A program made the translations under genes and the position numbers. The notes beneath the pieces are model-generated. The model was given only the letters and a program-made list of their open reading frames with translations, ran no database searches and was not told where the DNA came from. DNA of 63,613 nt, the filler included, from Dugesia japonica (taxonomy: Eukaryota), in the NCBI GenBank assembly GCA_001938525.1. It is 6 parts of 6 records of this genome, joined end to end, with 100 filler letters (N's around TTAATTAATTAA, not from the genome) between each part and the next. Parts side by side here need not be neighbours in the genome. Positions count along the whole stretch, not along the records: positions 55,266 to 63,613 come from MQRL01308641.1; 5 more parts are not named here. One strand, written 5' to 3'. Positions 60,811 to 63,613 of the stretch are shown piece by piece. Every line of letters starts with the position of its first letter. The first letter of the stretch is position 1.

Positions 60811-63613
60811 AAATAAATTATTTATTCTTTGTTTTTTCCATGTTAATTTTTATTTGTATTTATTTGAAATAAAATTTTCAGTCGTTTGTAAAAACCAATA
60901 ATTTGTTCTATTATATATGGATATAATAAAATTGATTCATCAATTTTTAAGGTCCCATACATTTTGACATTTAGCATTTCATTAAAATCCTATTTTGAAT
61001 TATTCCGGATTTGTCATATGTATGTCTAATCAAAATCCAATCACTTTCAAAAGTAACTTTGGCTTTCGTTTTTAAAATACATTTGGTTGTATAATAATCG
61101 CTTCATTTCTAAACCATTTATTTATTTCCGGAAAAATCTTTATTTGTGGTGTAATTAATTGATGTTTTATTTTTTGAATTAGTTCATGTTTCTAGATTAA
61201 ATATATTCAAAATTCTAGCTAATTTCATATGACGCATCAATCATTGATCGATTTCGTAATTACATGATCGAATCGTGCTTAATTTCATTTGAATAAAAAC
61301 TTCCAAACTTTAAGCTAAGGCATTTTAAATTAAATCAAATATCACCACTGCTTGATTTCATTATGGATAGAATATTTATCAAATTTTACTGGGTGGTTAT
61401 TATTAATAAAAATTCGGAAAAAAGACGGATTTAGAAAACATAATGACTTAAGTTTATCAATTCTAGTTTAAAAAAAAGCCAAAATAAAAAGAAAAATTAT
61501 AATGAAAAATAAGTACAAACAACTAGGATCAGATAATAATTATTCAATAGTATTAATAAAATTCACACAACATGAAGTAATTTCCTGGCTCTTTTGTAGA
61601 ATCCGCCCTCACAAGTGAAGCTAAATCCACAGAAACACATGTAACTACCATTTAATTACGAAATCAATCAGGAAAATATTCACAAAATGTAATCAAATTA
61701 AATGACAAGAAAAACTACTAATAGAAACAGAAAATTATTTAAAATAAATCAAATTCAATATTAAAATAAAATGGACAAATTAGGAATAAATCAAATAATA
61801 AACTAATTATTAAATAAAAATAAAATTACGCCATTTAATAAAATATTTATTTGTTGCCATTAATTTCAAAGGTACAGGTTCAATGGGATTACTGATAGAA
61901 ACTTCAACAGTATCTCTTTATAACGACATTCTAATGAAATCTGTGAAATCATCAACAAACAGAAACTTGTCGTACACTCCACAAGCAGTAAGAGATCAGC
62001 ATTTGGAATATCTCAGTTTTATTGCAAAACCAGCAGCATTAACATAAATGCAAAATTGTTAGTGACGATTATTCAGGTAAAATTAATATTATTTCTGCGA
62101 TTATATATATATATATATATATAAATATGTGTGTGTGTGTGTTGAGGTATGGGTGGTAATAAAATTTAATATGAAGAACTTTTATCTAGGATACTTGCCC
62201 ATACCAGCCCATGATTTACCCGGCCTTCCTACGACCGGTTCTATCGGCAGTGTCTGTGACTTCTCCAAGGAGTTCAGGCGCGTACTGATTTACTTTGAGT
62301 TCAAAAATAAATAAATAATCTGTATAGAGCGATAGAAGCTCTTGATTGATCATGCCTAATTGACGCTCCCCTATATTCATATGCAAGTAAAATAAACGTC
62401 AATAAATCAATATGTTTATTGAATAATAAATATAAAATCACAACATTATTCATTTTGAATCAAATGTCGATATCAGCCAGTAGAGTGTTTTTGTGGGTAT
62501 TGTTATAAGATCAGTTGTTAGAAGTTGTTGATCATGGCATCTTCCTTTCGAAAGGTTGTAAAATAAATTAGTGAAATAGTGAAGATTCAGAATATTAGGA
62601 AGAATATTATTTTATTTTGGCATATTTTCTGTTGGTGGTACTTGACAAGAAAATCAGCGTGGCTCGTAACTATTCTGAGAATTTAATTTTCATGGATACT
62701 GTTTCACTTAATTAATGGAATATCTGGCATATTGTAATAAAAACCCTTCTCACCTTCTTCAGAGAATATCCATAATTTAATAGTCGGATGAGATCAAACC
62801 AAGCTACCAAATTTAAATAAAAATAGATAAATTCTTACCAAAAATAAAAATGGCGGATGATTTTCTCCTCTCGTTGAATTAGAAATTGGTTGTCGATTTC
62901 AAATTTTTTACTGAATGAAAAAGTGAGATAAAATCCACTTTGGACAGAATTTTATATTTTATTTTCTGCACTCGAATTTCTTGCAATTCATTATGTCCTA
63001 GCTCGATTGGTGTAGGGAAATGATTTCTGAATTATTCGGGATAGAATATAAATTTTAACATGCGAACTGGGATCTGGTTTTCCAAGTTGATCGCGATACT
63101 GATTTAACAGGAGGGGATTTTGATAACTTGCACGCGATTTTGTTATACAGAATCCAATTTAATCAATTGAATGAGAAATTGTTTGTTGGGTTTTATGGGA
63201 ATAAAAATTTTTAATTCTTCACGAAAATTATGTTTGAATTAAATACTGTTGTATTTTGTATAGAGGTAATTGATAATTTAACTGATTTATTTTCTATAAC
63301 TTGACAGAAAGGGATATTTGTTTGATTTAGATTTTTACCTTAGATTGAATTCTGATCTTCTAAGTGTAGATATTTTTGTCCTTCACAATGAATTCCGAAT
63401 CGATCGTTGACTTTCATGTAGATGATTTTCTGATTTTTATCCGGAGTATTTTGAATCTTTTTACTGAAATCTGATTTTTTATTGGTTGTATAAATTTAAA
63501 TTTAGTTCCAATTATAACAATTTATTTTTGTTTATTGCGAATTATTTTGCTTACCCTTCAAATTTGATTATTTAATAAATAATTCATTCCCTATCTCGAA
63601 TTTCATTGGAATT

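Overview
Very AT-rich eukaryotic (metazoan-type) draft-genome sequence with many short (about 40-60 nt) GT-AG introns. Five identical 100-bp spacers (N44-TTAATTAATTAA-N44) show the window is about six concatenated scaffolds, so adjacency across them means nothing. Host genes: ZnT1/SLC30A1-like zinc exporter (3 exons, 3' end missing), a stand-alone UNR/CSDE1-type cold-shock-domain ORF, an intronless divergent Ser/Thr kinase, a 7-exon Ssdp/SSBP2-4 gene, a BRAWNIN/UQCC6-like microprotein and an unidentified multi-exon secreted protein. Most of the rest is decayed transposons (mariner, hAT, Merlin, piggyBac and pogo MITEs, Penelope, Maverick, Ty3/Gypsy). Four observations stand out. (1) A Ty3/Gypsy element carries a chuvirus/gB-like (class III) fusion glycoprotein between gag and protease, in the same frame as the protease. 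(2) A family of TGTTGGGG...CCCCAACA integrase elements (4-bp TSD, no LTR, Ginger-like) carries a conserved array of short ORF cassettes, each behind its own splice acceptor. (3) A dispersed repeat has covarying minimal hammerhead ribozymes. (4) A 2.55-kb non-autonomous Maverick-type element has AGT termini and a 6-bp TSD. All family assignments come from motif recognition by eye; no searches were run.
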